Below are positions 1 through 9,207 of a stretch of 64,000 bases of DNA, one piece after another. Location: NCBI GenBank assembly GCA_963849985.1, contig CAWKJY010000029.1:140114-204113 (forward strand). The letters run 5' to 3'. Position numbers and translations under genes: made by a program. Within the stretch, counting starts at the first letter, position 1. The number at the start of each line of letters is the position of its first letter. Origin of the DNA: an uncultured Prolixibacteraceae bacterium (GTDB lineage: Bacteria; Bacteroidota; Bacteroidia; Bacteroidales; Prolixibacteraceae). The notes beneath the pieces are model-generated. The model saw nothing but the letters and a program-made list of their open reading frames with translations, was not told where the DNA came from and ran no database searches.

Positions 1-657
1 TGAGTCAAAATCATCATTGACAACCCGGTATTTTCCACCAGTAACTTTTCTTCCAATTTGCAAACCCCACGGTTTTGAAAGCAAATAGGCTGAACCGTTA
101 TTAATTCGGATATTAGGGGAATATAAAATCAAAACATCAACATATTCCGGAAAATCTGCCGCCAGTTTTAACGCCAATGTTCCCCCGGTTGAAGTGCTCA
201 TAATAATTACTTTCTTCCCCAGTCCCCGGGCAATCATCAAAGCTTTTTTTGCTGATCCCCAAAGCCTGTCCGGAGTCATATCAATTAAAGGATCATCGGT
301 AACAATTCCGTGAGACGCCAACCGCGGGAAATAAGCATTAAACCCAAAATGTTTCGCAAACTCAACGTTTGCGGGATAACCTTCGTACCAGGATGCAGAA
401 AACCCATGTAAATAAAGTAGACAGTATTCGGTTCGTTCTTTAATGCTGTCATTAGCCCAAATAATCCTTGATTCATTATCCGGCTTGATATCAAGTCCTT
501 TATCATTGTCTTCCACATATTGTTCCATGCTTGAGATACTTGCTGAAAGCGATGGTAAATCCTTTGATAGTTTTGCCGGTTCGGGTTTTGGACCCATAAT
601 ATAAACCACAATAACAAGCAAAAATAATATCATTAAATAGCGACGGAACTTTTTCAT
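1..657 (-). CDS. Alpha/beta-hydrolase (lipase/esterase-like) with N-terminal membrane anchor; 3' end lies outside the window
   Basis: Manual translation from ATG at 657: MKKFRRYLMILFLLVIVVYIMGPKP...LYLHGFSAS...IIMSTSTGGTLAL. It has an HGF oxyanion motif and an S-T-S-T-G-G nucleophile elbow. The frame is open to position 1 and is absent from the ORF track, presumably because no stop lies in the window. Confidence 0.85.
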   Translation of the reverse strand, partial: MKKFRRYLMILFLLVIVVYIMGPKPEPAKLSKDLPSLSASISSMEQYVEDNDKGLDIKPDNESRIIWANDSIKERTEYCLLYLHGFSASWYEGYPANVEFAKHFGFNAYFPRLASHGIVTDDPLIDMTPDRLWGSAKKALMIARGLGKKVIIMSTSTGGTLALKLAADFPEYVDVLILYSPNIRINNGSAYLLSKPWGLQIGRKVTGGKYRVVNDDFDS

Positions 658-744
658 TTCGACTGATTTTAAGGCTGAAAATTACAATTTAATTTTGCCT
701 CATCAAAAGTATATATTCGATGAATTGTCAAATCTTTAAAAGAA

Positions 745-772
745 AAGAGGAAAGTAAATTTACTTTCCTCTT
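745..772 (-). terminator. Perfect 28-bp palindrome just downstream of tRNA-Lys, probable intrinsic terminator
   Basis: AAGAGGAAAGTAAA/TTTACTTTCCTCTT is an exact inverted repeat 4 nt past the tRNA CCA end. Confidence 0.65.
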
Positions 773-775
773 AAA

Positions 776-851
776 TGGTGACTCAGCTGGGGCTCGAACC
801 CAGGACCCCATCCTTAAAAGGGATGTGCTCTACCAGCTGAGCTACTGAGTC
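776..851 (-). tRNA. tRNA-Lys (UUU)
   Basis: Reverse complement GACTCAGTAGCTCAGCTGGTAGAGCACATCCCTTTTAAGGATGGGGTCCTGGGTTCGAGCCCCAGCTGAGTCACCA: 76 nt cloverleaf, anticodon TTT, GGTTCGA T-loop, encoded CCA. Confidence 0.97.
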
Positions 852-886
852 ATCCTTGTAAATCCTTTGTTTCTCAAAGGCGGGTG

Positions 887-894
887 CAAAAGTA
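887..894 (-). promoter_or_regulatory. Bacteroidota sigma70 -7 element (TAnnTTTG) for tRNA-Lys
   Basis: TACTTTTG on the minus strand, 36 nt upstream of the tRNA 5' end. Confidence 0.6.
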
Positions 895-1192
895 ATATTT
901 ATTTTTTTTTACACAAACCCGAGGTACCTTTTTTCCTAAAAAATGCCCATCCATGTCCACAATTATTAGCCACAAAAAAATAACATTCATAATATCAATG
1001 TAATACAAATTCTTTACGACGGCTTTCATTTTGAAAAAGCTATTGATGTAAATTAAAACAGACACTATTAGTTTTCTAACCGGGAAATATATTCCAACTT
1101 TTTTTGAAGTAATTCAAATTTATGGTTAGTTTTGATTTGACATGTTGCATAATTAATACTCAACTTATCCAAATTAAATCATTTGCAGTTAT

Positions 1193-2998
1193 ATGACTAT
1201 TGATGGATTTATAGTTATAGGAATAATTGTTCTGACCATCGTAGCCCTTGCGAAAGAGATCATGCGACCGGGGTTGATCTTTTTTACCGCAGCTGTTTTG
1301 CTTATGGCTCTTGGAATTCTTTCCGGCAACGATGTTCTGGCTGGATTTTCCAATAAAGGAATGATAACAATTGGTATCCTTTTTATTGTTAGTGAGGGCG
1401 TCCGTCAATCAGGTATTTTGAACAGGTTAGCGCAATCTTATCTTCCGCGCAAAAGAGGAAAAATGGTTTTTCTGATTCCAAGAATTATGTTTCCCGTGTC
1501 GGTTTTATCTGCTTTTCTAAATAACACCCCGGTAGTAATAATATTTGCTCCAATAATAAAAAATTGGGCCGAAAAGCTAAATTTATCTTCAAAAAAATTC
1601 CTCATCCCATTATCTTATGCGACCATTTTAGGCGGCATGTGCACTTTAATCGGAACGTCTACAAATCTTGTTGTACACGGTTTAATTCTTGAATCGGGGT
1701 TGCAAGGATTTGGAATGTTCGAACTTGGAAAAGTTGGAATAATCATTGCCATAATGGGTACAATATACATGTCACTTGCAGGAAATAAACTTTTGCCAGG
1801 TGAAAAAATCTTATTAAAACAAAAAAGTACCACCGATTATAAAGATTATTATTACGATATCATTATTCCTGAAACGAGTAATTTAATTGGTCTTGAAATT
1901 AAAAATGGCCGGATCAGGGAACTGAAAAACCTGATCATAAAAAGTATTGAACGGGACAATAACATTATTGAAACACAAAAAGGAAGTTTTTTTATCAACG
2001 GGAACGACAAATTGCACATGGCGGGGAAATCTGACCGTCTCAATTACATTTTATCAAATGATAATATAAAACTTAGTGGGATTGACTTACTAAATAATAT
2101 CCCAAAAAAAGAACTTAAACAATATGAAGCCGTTATCTCGCCCCGTTTTCCGGGTGTTGGAAAAACAGTTCCTGAATTTAATTTTTACGATCATTATCAG
2201 GCCGTTGTAATTGCAGTCCATCGAAATGGCGAACACATCACTTCCAACTTAGGAAATCTAAAATTGAAGGCCGGTGACAACCTTGTTTTACTGACAACTG
2301 AACGTTTTATTCAAAACTGGGGCGATTCTAAGATTTTTTATTTAACATCTTATATTCGTGATTACCGTACTACAGGTTCATTCTGGAAAAAATGGCTGGC
2401 ATTTATAATTCTTTTAGTGATGATTGTGGGATCAACTATTGGAAAATTTATCAGTTCGCCCGCAGGTATCAGTTTCGATATGTTTTACTTTTCTGCCATA
2501 GCCGCAACCCTATTGGTTTGGATGAAAATCATGCCCCATCAAAAATATACAAAAGCTATAAGTTGGGATGTTCTGATTACCATTGCCTGTGCATTTGCTA
2601 TAAGTAAAGCGTTACAAAATTCAGGTGCGGCAGAATCTATTGCAAGTACAACTATTAATCTTAGTAAATCACTTGGTTCGTTAGGAGTTCTTGCATCGAT
2701 ATATATTATTACGGCAATTTTTACAGAAATTATTACAAATAATGCAGCTGCGGCTATTGTTTTCCCAATTGCACTTGCTGCAGCAAATCAATTGCATATC
2801 GACCCAAAACCGTTTTTTGTTGCAATTGCTATTGCCGCATCAGCAAGTTTTTCAACGCCTATCGGATATCAAACCAATCTAATAGTACAAGCATACGGAA
2901 ACTATCGTTTTAAAGATTACCTAAAGATTGGTCTTCCTTTAAATTTACTGGCATTCATTTTATCGCTATTATTTATCCCTCTTTTCTGGCATTTTTAG
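1193..2998 (+). CDS. SLC13/DASS-family permease with TrkA-C domains (probable sulfate/anion transporter)
   Basis: Multi-TM protein with SAFLNNTPVV, GTSTNLVV, TEIITNNAAA and TPIGYQTNL motifs, a central soluble TrkA-C region, and position directly upstream of cysD. Confidence 0.88.
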   Translation: MTIDGFIVIGIIVLTIVALAKEIMRPGLIFFTAAVLLMALGILSGNDVLAGFSNKGMITIGILFIVSEGVRQSGILNRLAQSYLPRKRGKMVFLIPRIMFPVSVLSAFLNNTPVVIIFAPIIKNWAEKLNLSSKKFLIPLSYATILGGMCTLIGTSTNLVVHGLILESGLQGFGMFELGKVGIIIAIMGTIYMSLAGNKLLPGEKILLKQKSTTDYKDYYYDIIIPETSNLIGLEIKNGRIRELKNLIIKSIERDNNIIETQKGSFFINGNDKLHMAGKSDRLNYILSNDNIKLSGIDLLNNIPKKELKQYEAVISPRFPGVGKTVPEFNFYDHYQAVVIAVHRNGEHITSNLGNLKLKAGDNLVLLTTERFIQNWGDSKIFYLTSYIRDYRTTGSFWKKWLAFIILLVMIVGSTIGKFISSPAGISFDMFYFSAIAATLLVWMKIMPHQKYTKAISWDVLITIACAFAISKALQNSGAAESIASTTINLSKSLGSLGVLASIYIITAIFTEIITNNAAAAIVFPIALAAANQLHIDPKPFFVAIAIAASASFSTPIGYQTNLIVQAYGNYRFKDYLKIGLPLNLLAFILSLLFIPLFWHF

Positions 2999-3063
2999 GG
3001 TTATTTTTTGATGAACAAATTTTCCTTCTATCACGATTCCGTAATGGGTTGAAAGAAAAATCT

Positions 3064-3071
3064 TATCTTTG
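3064..3071 (+). promoter_or_regulatory. TAnnTTTG -7 promoter element upstream of cysD
   Basis: TATCTTTG followed by CAC, about 40 nt before the ATG. Confidence 0.55.
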
Positions 3072-3112
3072 CACTCCGAAATAAAGTTAAAAAGACGCAA
3101 AAGTTTTTTTTC

Positions 3113-4021
3113 ATGAAAGATTATTCATTAAGTAATTTACGGGAACTTGAAGCAGAAGCAATCCACATCATTCGTGAAGTAGCTGCAGAGTTTGAAAATC
3201 CTGTAATGCTCTATTCAATAGGAAAAGATTCTTCGGTAATGGTTCGTTTAGCTGAAAAAGCTTTTTACCCTGGTAAAGTTCCATTCCCGCTCATGCATAT
3301 TGATTCCAAATGGAAATTTCGGGAAATGATTGAATTCCGTGATAATTATGCCCGTGAAAAAGGCTGGGACCTGATCGTTCATTACAATAAGGAAGGATAC
3401 GAACAAGGAATCGGACCATTTACACATGGAAGTAAAGTGCATACAGATGTAATGAAAACTCAGGCCTTGCTTGCCGGACTCAACAAGTATAAGTTCGATG
3501 CAGCTTTTGGAGGCGCCCGGCGCGACGAGGAAAAATCGCGGGCAAAAGAACGTATCTTTTCTTTCCGTGACCGCTTTCACCAGTGGGATCCTAAAAATCA
3601 GCGCCCTGAGCTTTGGAATATTTACAACGCCAGAGTACAGAAAGGTGAGTCAATTCGGGTTTTTCCCATTTCGAACTGGACAGAGCTTGATATCTGGCAG
3701 TATATTAGATTGGAAAATATTCCAATTGTTCCATTATATTTTGCAAAAGAACGACCAATTGTGAATATGGACGGAAATCTTATTATGGTGGATGATGAGC
3801 GTATGCCAAAAGAAATTGCGAAAAAAGCCGAAATGAAGATGGTTCGTTTTCGCACATTAGGCTGTTATCCATTAACTGGAGCCGTTGAATCAGAAGCCGA
3901 TACCATTGAAAAAATCGTGGAAGAAATGATGACAGTTACTGTTTCTGAAAGAACGACACGCGTGATTGACTTCGACCAGGAAGCAAGTATGGAACAAAAG
4001 AAAAGGGAAGGATATTTTTAA
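3113..4021 (+). CDS. cysD: Sulfate adenylyltransferase subunit 2
   Basis: [12 protein letters not shown]-loop, [35 protein letters not shown]-terminus. Confidence 0.97.
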   Translation: MKDYSLSNLRELEAEAIHIIREVAAEFENPVMLYSIGKDSSVMVRLAEKAFYPGKVPFPLMHIDSKWKFREMIEFRDNYAREKGWDLIVHYNKEGYEQGIGPFTHGSKVHTDVMKTQALLAGLNKYKFDAAFGGARRDEEKSRAKERIFSFRDRFHQWDPKNQRPELWNIYNARVQKGESIRVFPISNWTELDIWQYIRLENIPIVPLYFAKERPIVNMDGNLIMVDDERMPKEIAKKAEMKMVRFRTLGCYPLTGAVESEADTIEKIVEEMMTVTVSERTTRVIDFDQEASMEQKKREGYF

Positions 4022-4044
4022 AATTCGATTCTAATTATTTTAGT

Positions 4045-4120
4045 GTCATTTCAAGAGAGGTACGAACGAGAAATCTCATTTTCCCGAAACAGATTTCTCC
4101 TCCATAGTCATCGAAATGAC
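4045..4120. repeat. Nested inverted repeat, REP/REPIN-like palindromic element
   Basis: Outer arms GTCATTTC (4045-4052)/GAAATGAC (4113-4120); inner arms GAGAAATCT (4068-4076)/AGATTTCTC (4091-4099). Confidence 0.6.
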
Positions 4121-4136
4121 TGCAAATTAAACGAAG

Positions 4137-6112
4137 ATGAGTAGCAACAATAACAGCGATAAATTTAACGGAAATTCGTCTCCAACAGGAACACAAAAAG
4201 GGGGCCTGGATATCCTCGAATTCCTTAAATCAGGACCAGAAAAAAGATTTACTTCGATTATTAACTGCAGGTCAGTGTAGATGATGGGAAATCAACACTG
4301 ATCGGACGTTTAATGTACGACAGTAAAATGTTGTACGAAGATCAACTGGCTGCTCTTGAACGCGATAGTAAACGTGTTGGCCATGCCGGAGAAGATATTG
4401 ATTATGCACTTTTACTTGATGGATTAAAAGCTGAACGTGAACAGGGAATAACCATTGATGTTGCATACCGTTATTTTTCAACTGCTAAAAGAAAATTTAT
4501 TATTGCTGACACACCCGGACATGAACAGTACACACGTAATATGATCACCGGTGGTTCAACAGCCAACCTGGCAATTATTCTTATTGATGCCCGTTACGGT
4601 GTAATAACTCAAACCAAACGGCACACCTATTTAGCCAACTTACTGGGAATAAAACATATCGTTGTTGCTATCAACAAAATGGATTTGGTTGACTTCAGCA
4701 ACGATGTTTTTGAAAAGATACGCAAAGACTACGAAAATTTTGTTGCACAACTTGACGTTCCCGATGTTCGTTTTATCCCAATTTCGGCATTAAAGGGTGA
4801 CAATGTCGTTGAAACTTCTGATCGTATGCCATGGTATCACGGACCTTCAATGCTTGAATTCCTGGAAACGGTTCACATTAGCAGCGACCGAAATTTTACA
4901 GATCTGCGTTATCCGGTTCAATATGTTTTACGCCCCGATATTAAATTTCGAGGTTTTTCAACTTCAGTTGCTTCGGGCATTATTACAAAAGGCGATGAAG
5001 TAATGGTACTCCCCTCTTTAAAAAAGTCGAAAGTAAAATCAATTGAAACCTACGATGGTGAACTGGAATATGCTTATCCTCCACAATCGGTAACAGTTAC
5101 ACTTGAAGACGAAATTGATATTTCACGAGGTGACATGCTGGTTCATCCTGACAATTTACCAAGAATTGAACGCCAGTTTGAAGCCATGCTTGTTTGGATG
5201 GATGAAACGCCCATGAATCTTTCCACACAGTTTTATATCAAACAGGCTAATAATAACACAAAAGCCCGTATCGATCAGGTAAAATACAAAGTTGATGTAA
5301 ATACGCTGGAAAAACACAGCATTGAAAAGTTCAGTTTAAATGAAATAGGGCGTGTGGTAATAACTACTACGAAACCACTGTTTTTCGACCCATATAAAAA
5401 GAACAAACAAACCGGTTCATTTATTCTGATCGATCCGGTAACTCATAATACCTGTGCAGTTGGAATGATCATCGATAGGTTAGAAAGTAAAAACCTTCCA
5501 TCGAGAATCACAGATACCGACCGTGAAAAAATTGCCCAGGGAAAATCACTGATTCAACAAACTGAATATCAACAAAAATATAACCAGAAAGGTGAAACAA
5601 TCTGGATAACCGGACTACATGGTTCTGGTAAAAATGAATTAGCTTTTAGTTTAGAGAAAAAACTCTTTGAAAACGGGGCCGTTGCTGTTTTAATTGACGG
5701 AAGTTCGGTTCGCTCAGGACTAAACCGGGAACTTGATTTTTCACCTGCTGACCGGGCAGAAAACCTTCGACGGGTAGCGCATATTTGCCGTCTTCTTAAC
5801 GATCAAGGTATAATTACGGTATGTTCATTTATATCCCGTAACAACTCTCTGCGTGAGCAGATTGCTGAAATCATTGGCAAAGACCGATTCCATCTGGTTT
5901 ATATGGAGGCATCACTTGAATATTGTAAAAAGAATAAGCCGGAATTGTATGAAATGGTCGAACAAGGAAAAACAAAAGATCTTCCCGGGGTTGATCTGGA
6001 ATATGATGCACCAACTGATGCAATGTTGATTTTTAAACCGGAAGAGAACGAGCGAAACCTGGATGCTATTTTGGATTATCTGGCAGCAAATAAAATTTTT
6101 CCTGTACATTAA
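4137..6112 (+). CDS. cysN: Sulfate adenylyltransferase subunit 1 (GTPase) fused to a C-terminal APS-kinase-like domain; two apparent +1 indels near 4228 and 4272
   Basis: Joining frames gives MSSNN...[38 protein letters not shown], then [17 protein letters not shown] and NKMD. The C-terminal region starting ITGLHGSGK is CysC-like. Confidence 0.92.
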
Positions 6113-6115
6113 GAG

Positions 6116-6163
6116 ACTTACCACTTTTTTTACTAGCGAATAGTTTAATAGGAAGTGGTAAGT
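6116..6163 (+). terminator. 11-bp inverted repeat after cysN, possible terminator
   Basis: ACTTACCACTT (6116-6126)/AAGTGGTAAGT (6153-6163). The loop is long (26 nt), so the terminator call is weak. Confidence 0.35.
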
Positions 6164-6307
6164 AATCTGCATCTCTCAAATTTAAGATACATCTAAATCT
6201 TTAAAAAATTTTGCAATTCTAAACTACTTCCATTTAGCGAGTTATTTTGATTTTGTTAAATAATTTCAATCGCAAATCGCAAATCATGATATAATTTTAA
6301 CAAACTA

Positions 6308-6352
6308 AACTAATTTTTTTAGTTGTATTACTAATTATTTTAGTTATATTTG
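6308..6352 (+). promoter_or_regulatory. Two ACTAA-N5-TTAGT palindromes (candidate BlaI-family operators) abutting a TAnnTTTG promoter element
   Basis: AACTAA-TTTTT-TTAGTT (6308-6324), ACTAA-TTATT-TTAGT (6330-6344) and TATATTTG (6345-6352), directly upstream of the blaI-like ATG. Confidence 0.6.
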
Positions 6353-6370
6353 AATATAATTCGTTATAAA

Positions 6371-6745
6371 ATGAAACATCTTACAAATCGTGAAGAAGAA
6401 ATCATGGAACTTTTCTGGGAGAAGGGCGATCTTTTTGTAAAAGAAATTATTGAAATGCTGGAGAAACCAAAGCCGCATTATAATACAATTTCTACTATTG
6501 TCCGATTGCTTGAAGACAAAGGGTTTGTCGGACATAAGCAGTTTGGAAATACTTATCGCTACTTTGCCCTTATCTCCCGTGAAGAATTTAGTAAGAACAC
6601 AATGAAGAAAATGGTTAATAAATACTTTGACCAATCTTATGCTTCTGTGGTCTCAATGTTTGTAAAAGAAGAAAAAATATCCATTGAAGAAATTCAGGAA
6701 TTAATCCAGCAGGTGCTAAATAATAAACAAAATAAGGATGAATAG
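6371..6745 (+). CDS. BlaI/MecI/CopY family transcriptional repressor
   Basis: MKHLTNREEEIMELFW...PKPHYNTISTIVRLLEDKGFVGH...RYFALISREEF; adjacent to an M56 peptidase gene. Confidence 0.93.
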   Translation: MKHLTNREEEIMELFWEKGDLFVKEIIEMLEKPKPHYNTISTIVRLLEDKGFVGHKQFGNTYRYFALISREEFSKNTMKKMVNKYFDQSYASVVSMFVKEEKISIEEIQELIQQVLNNKQNKDE

Positions 6746-7670
6746 CTTTTTGCTATATATTATTGAATCAACTTTATGTGTAAGTGCCTTTTATATTTTA
6801 GGCCGGCTTATAATCTGGAAGGATACCGATTTTGCTATTAATCGTTTTTTTTTATTATCAATTGTTGTTGCCTCACTAATAATTCCGTTTATAAGGATAC
6901 CCTATTTTATACAAACATTTGATACCGCAGGGCATGGTATAATGGCTCCTATAGCTTCATCCAATATTAATCAGTTTCAACACCAACAATACTTTAATAC
7001 CAACGAAACATTAACTGTTCCGACTGTTGACAAAGTGGCTCCTCAAAAATCGGAAACAAATGCTTTTTCAATGAGAAGCTTTGTATTATATATTTATTTG
7101 TGTGGAGTTCTTATATCAATTATATTACTAATTCGAAGCATTTTTTCAGTGTTGATTATTTTTAAAAAGGCAAGGATTGAGAAAATGAATGGATTCCGGC
7201 TGGTAGTTATAGATCTTGAAATTCCCAGTTTTACCTTCATGAAATCGGTCGTAATCTCAAAAAGTGATTTTGAATCAAATGGTACTTATGTTTTAACCCA
7301 CGAACTAGCACATGTGAGACTATATCATTCATATGACCTGATCTTTCTTGAAATAGTGAAAATCGTTTTTTGGTTTAACCCTTTTATTTATTTGCTGACT
7401 AAAGATCTTAAACAAATACACGAGTTTCAGGCTGATGAACATACAATTCAATCAGGAATAGACGCAATACAATATCAACTTCTGATTATCAAAAAAAGTG
7501 TTGGGTCAAAACGGTTCGCATTTGCAAATAGTTTTAATCAATGTCAAATAAAAAAACGTATTACAATGATTAATTATCCAAAAAAACGAAAGTCACTAAA
7601 ATGGAAAGTCGATTGGCATTTCTTGCGATGGCTGCAATTCTTATTGTATCGATTTCCTCATGTACAGTAA
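6738..7670 (+). CDS. BlaR1-like M56 family metallopeptidase/signal transducer
   Basis: N-terminal TM segments, LTHELAHVRLYHSYD (HEXXH), IHEFQAD and KKRITMI motifs. It overlaps the blaI stop by 8 nt. Confidence 0.9.
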   Translation: MNSFLLYIIESTLCVSAFYILGRLIIWKDTDFAINRFFLLSIVVASLIIPFIRIPYFIQTFDTAGHGIMAPIASSNINQFQHQQYFNTNETLTVPTVDKVAPQKSETNAFSMRSFVLYIYLCGVLISIILLIRSIFSVLIIFKKARIEKMNGFRLVVIDLEIPSFTFMKSVVISKSDFESNGTYVLTHELAHVRLYHSYDLIFLEIVKIVFWFNPFIYLLTKDLKQIHEFQADEHTIQSGIDAIQYQLLIIKKSVGSKRFAFANSFNQCQIKKRITMINYPKKRKSLKWKVDWHFLRWLQFLLYRFPHVQ

Positions 7671-8041
7671 CAACCTCTAAAGATTCTGCCAAATCTGAAA
7701 TCCAGGGAACCTGGGAAATGGTTTCGTATAAATATGGAGGAGACAGTGTACTACTTCCTAATCATGGTAAACATATTAAAATTATTACAGACACCACCTT
7801 CTGTTGGGTTGACGTAGGTAATCCTCTTTCCTTGGTTACCGATGCCGCAGGAGGTACTTATAGTCTTTCAGGCAATAATTATATTGAATATATTGAATAT
7901 GGAGGTCGTGAAATGCTGCCATATGTGGGTAAAGAACAAAAATTCGTTGTCACTATTAAGAATGACACACTTCATCTAAAAGGTTCATTGTCTACCGGGG
8001 AGAAAATTGAAGAAATATGGGCTAAGTTGTACACGAATTAA
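7601..8041 (+). CDS. Lipocalin-like (DUF4488-type) domain; either the frameshifted C-terminus of the M56 protein or a separate lipoprotein
   Basis: A hydrophobic stretch ending in SISSC, then GTWEMVSY...KIITDTTFCWV...GGTYSL. It overlaps the M56 ORF exactly where the post-peptidase TM helix is expected. Confidence 0.6.
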   Translation: MESRLAFLAMAAILIVSISSCTVTTSKDSAKSEIQGTWEMVSYKYGGDSVLLPNHGKHIKIITDTTFCWVDVGNPLSLVTDAAGGTYSLSGNNYIEYIEYGGREMLPYVGKEQKFVVTIKNDTLHLKGSLSTGEKIEEIWAKLYTN

Positions 8042-8130
8042 ACACTATACTACTTACAGAAATATTATCCGTCTTTGGTACTATACTATTACTGATAGTT
8101 TTTATTCGCAAAGGTGAATGAATAAAAAAA

Positions 8131-8537
8131 GGCAGGCCTGTAAGCCGGGTTCTGTAAACTCCCGAAATAAATCGAAAGCTTCTTTATCATTTATCTTGTC
8201 ACAGCATCACTGCCGTGATCCTGCAGCCTACCCCTCCTGACTTCCTTGTGCAAGAAGCAAAGCGAGCTACTTTGCTGTACCGCAACAGCGGCAAACAATC
8301 AGGATATACATGGCTTTGCAACCCGTGAGACGTACGGCTGATGATGTTGCCACCACCACCGGTGCGCTTTTACCGCACCTTTTCACCCGTTCCCCAAAAT
8401 GGTCTCGCCAAATCAAGGTGGTTATTTTCTGTTACGTTGCTATCCCCTTTCAAAGATCTTCCCGTTAAGAAGCACGGTGCCCTGCGTTGCCCGGACTTTC
8501 CTCTCTCGATAAATCGGGAGCGATAAAGCGGCCTGCC
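8131..8537 (-). ncRNA. rnpB: RNase P RNA (bacterial type A)
   Basis: The minus strand has the P1 helix GGCAGGCC.../...GGCCTGCC, GAGGAAAGTCCGGGC, TGAAAAGGTGCGGTAAAAGCGCACC and ACAGAACCCGGCTTACAGG. TATTTTTG promoter element at 8542-8549. Confidence 0.95.
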
Positions 8538-8565
8538 GGTGCAAAAATACGAATTAGTTACGAGT

Positions 8566-9207
8566 TTATAAGTCTGGATTCAAATTTCGCTTATCTTCAA
8601 ATAGAACTTCCCACACTTTTTCTGAGCGTGTCCCAAAATCTTTTTCTTTTTTTACCACAAGAATGGGTAGAGCAAACTTATTTCTGCTAATCAGAATCGT
8701 ATCGTTTTCAACTATTTCAAACAAATCTGTACTGAAGCCAATTTTACCAGAATATTCAAGATTTTTGGATTCTAATATTCCTTCCAAAATATGTATGGAA
8801 TTAGTTCTAAAAATAATCCTGTTTTTAATCTCCGGACTTGACAAAAGAACCTGTTCTATGTCTTCGTTCAAGTCTAATTCTTCAAAGAATCGACCGCAGT
8901 CTTCATTCGAGTAAAATGTGCTATAAATCATTTTTTTTGCCTGCTCTCTAAATTCTTTTTCCAGGTTTTCGTCAAGATAAATTGTAATATAATCATTTAA
9001 ATCTTTTACCTTCTGTACAGCCCTTACTTCGAACGCATGCAAAGCTTCCGGAGATATCTCATTGCTAATAAATCCATCTTCAATGCTCTGAAACTGATCC
9101 TGCTGAATTTTGTATCGCGTCGTTTCAGAACTACTATTACTGCAGTCCTCAGCTGTTATCAGGCAAGCAAGCAGGAAAAGAGACAATATTTTTAAAATTC
9201 CCTTCAT
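8566..9207 (-). CDS. Hypothetical exported protein/lipoprotein
   Basis: Signal-like N-terminus MKGILKILSLFLLACLITAEDC; 4-nt ATGA overlap with the upstream ORF. Confidence 0.7.
   Translation of the reverse strand: MKGILKILSLFLLACLITAEDCSNSSSETTRYKIQQDQFQSIEDGFISNEISPEALHAFEVRAVQKVKDLNDYITIYLDENLEKEFREQAKKMIYSTFYSNEDCGRFFEELDLNEDIEQVLLSSPEIKNRIIFRTNSIHILEGILESKNLEYSGKIGFSTDLFEIVENDTILISRNKFALPILVVKKEKDFGTRSEKVWEVLFEDKRNLNPDL

Noticed and set aside
776-851. tRNA-Lys as an integration site for an island or prophage
   Set aside because: No integrase, no duplicated tRNA 3' end and no phage genes are visible in the window.
6268-6286. AATCGCA tandem repeat
   Set aside because: Only about 2.5 units in an intergenic AT-rich region, with no evidence of function.
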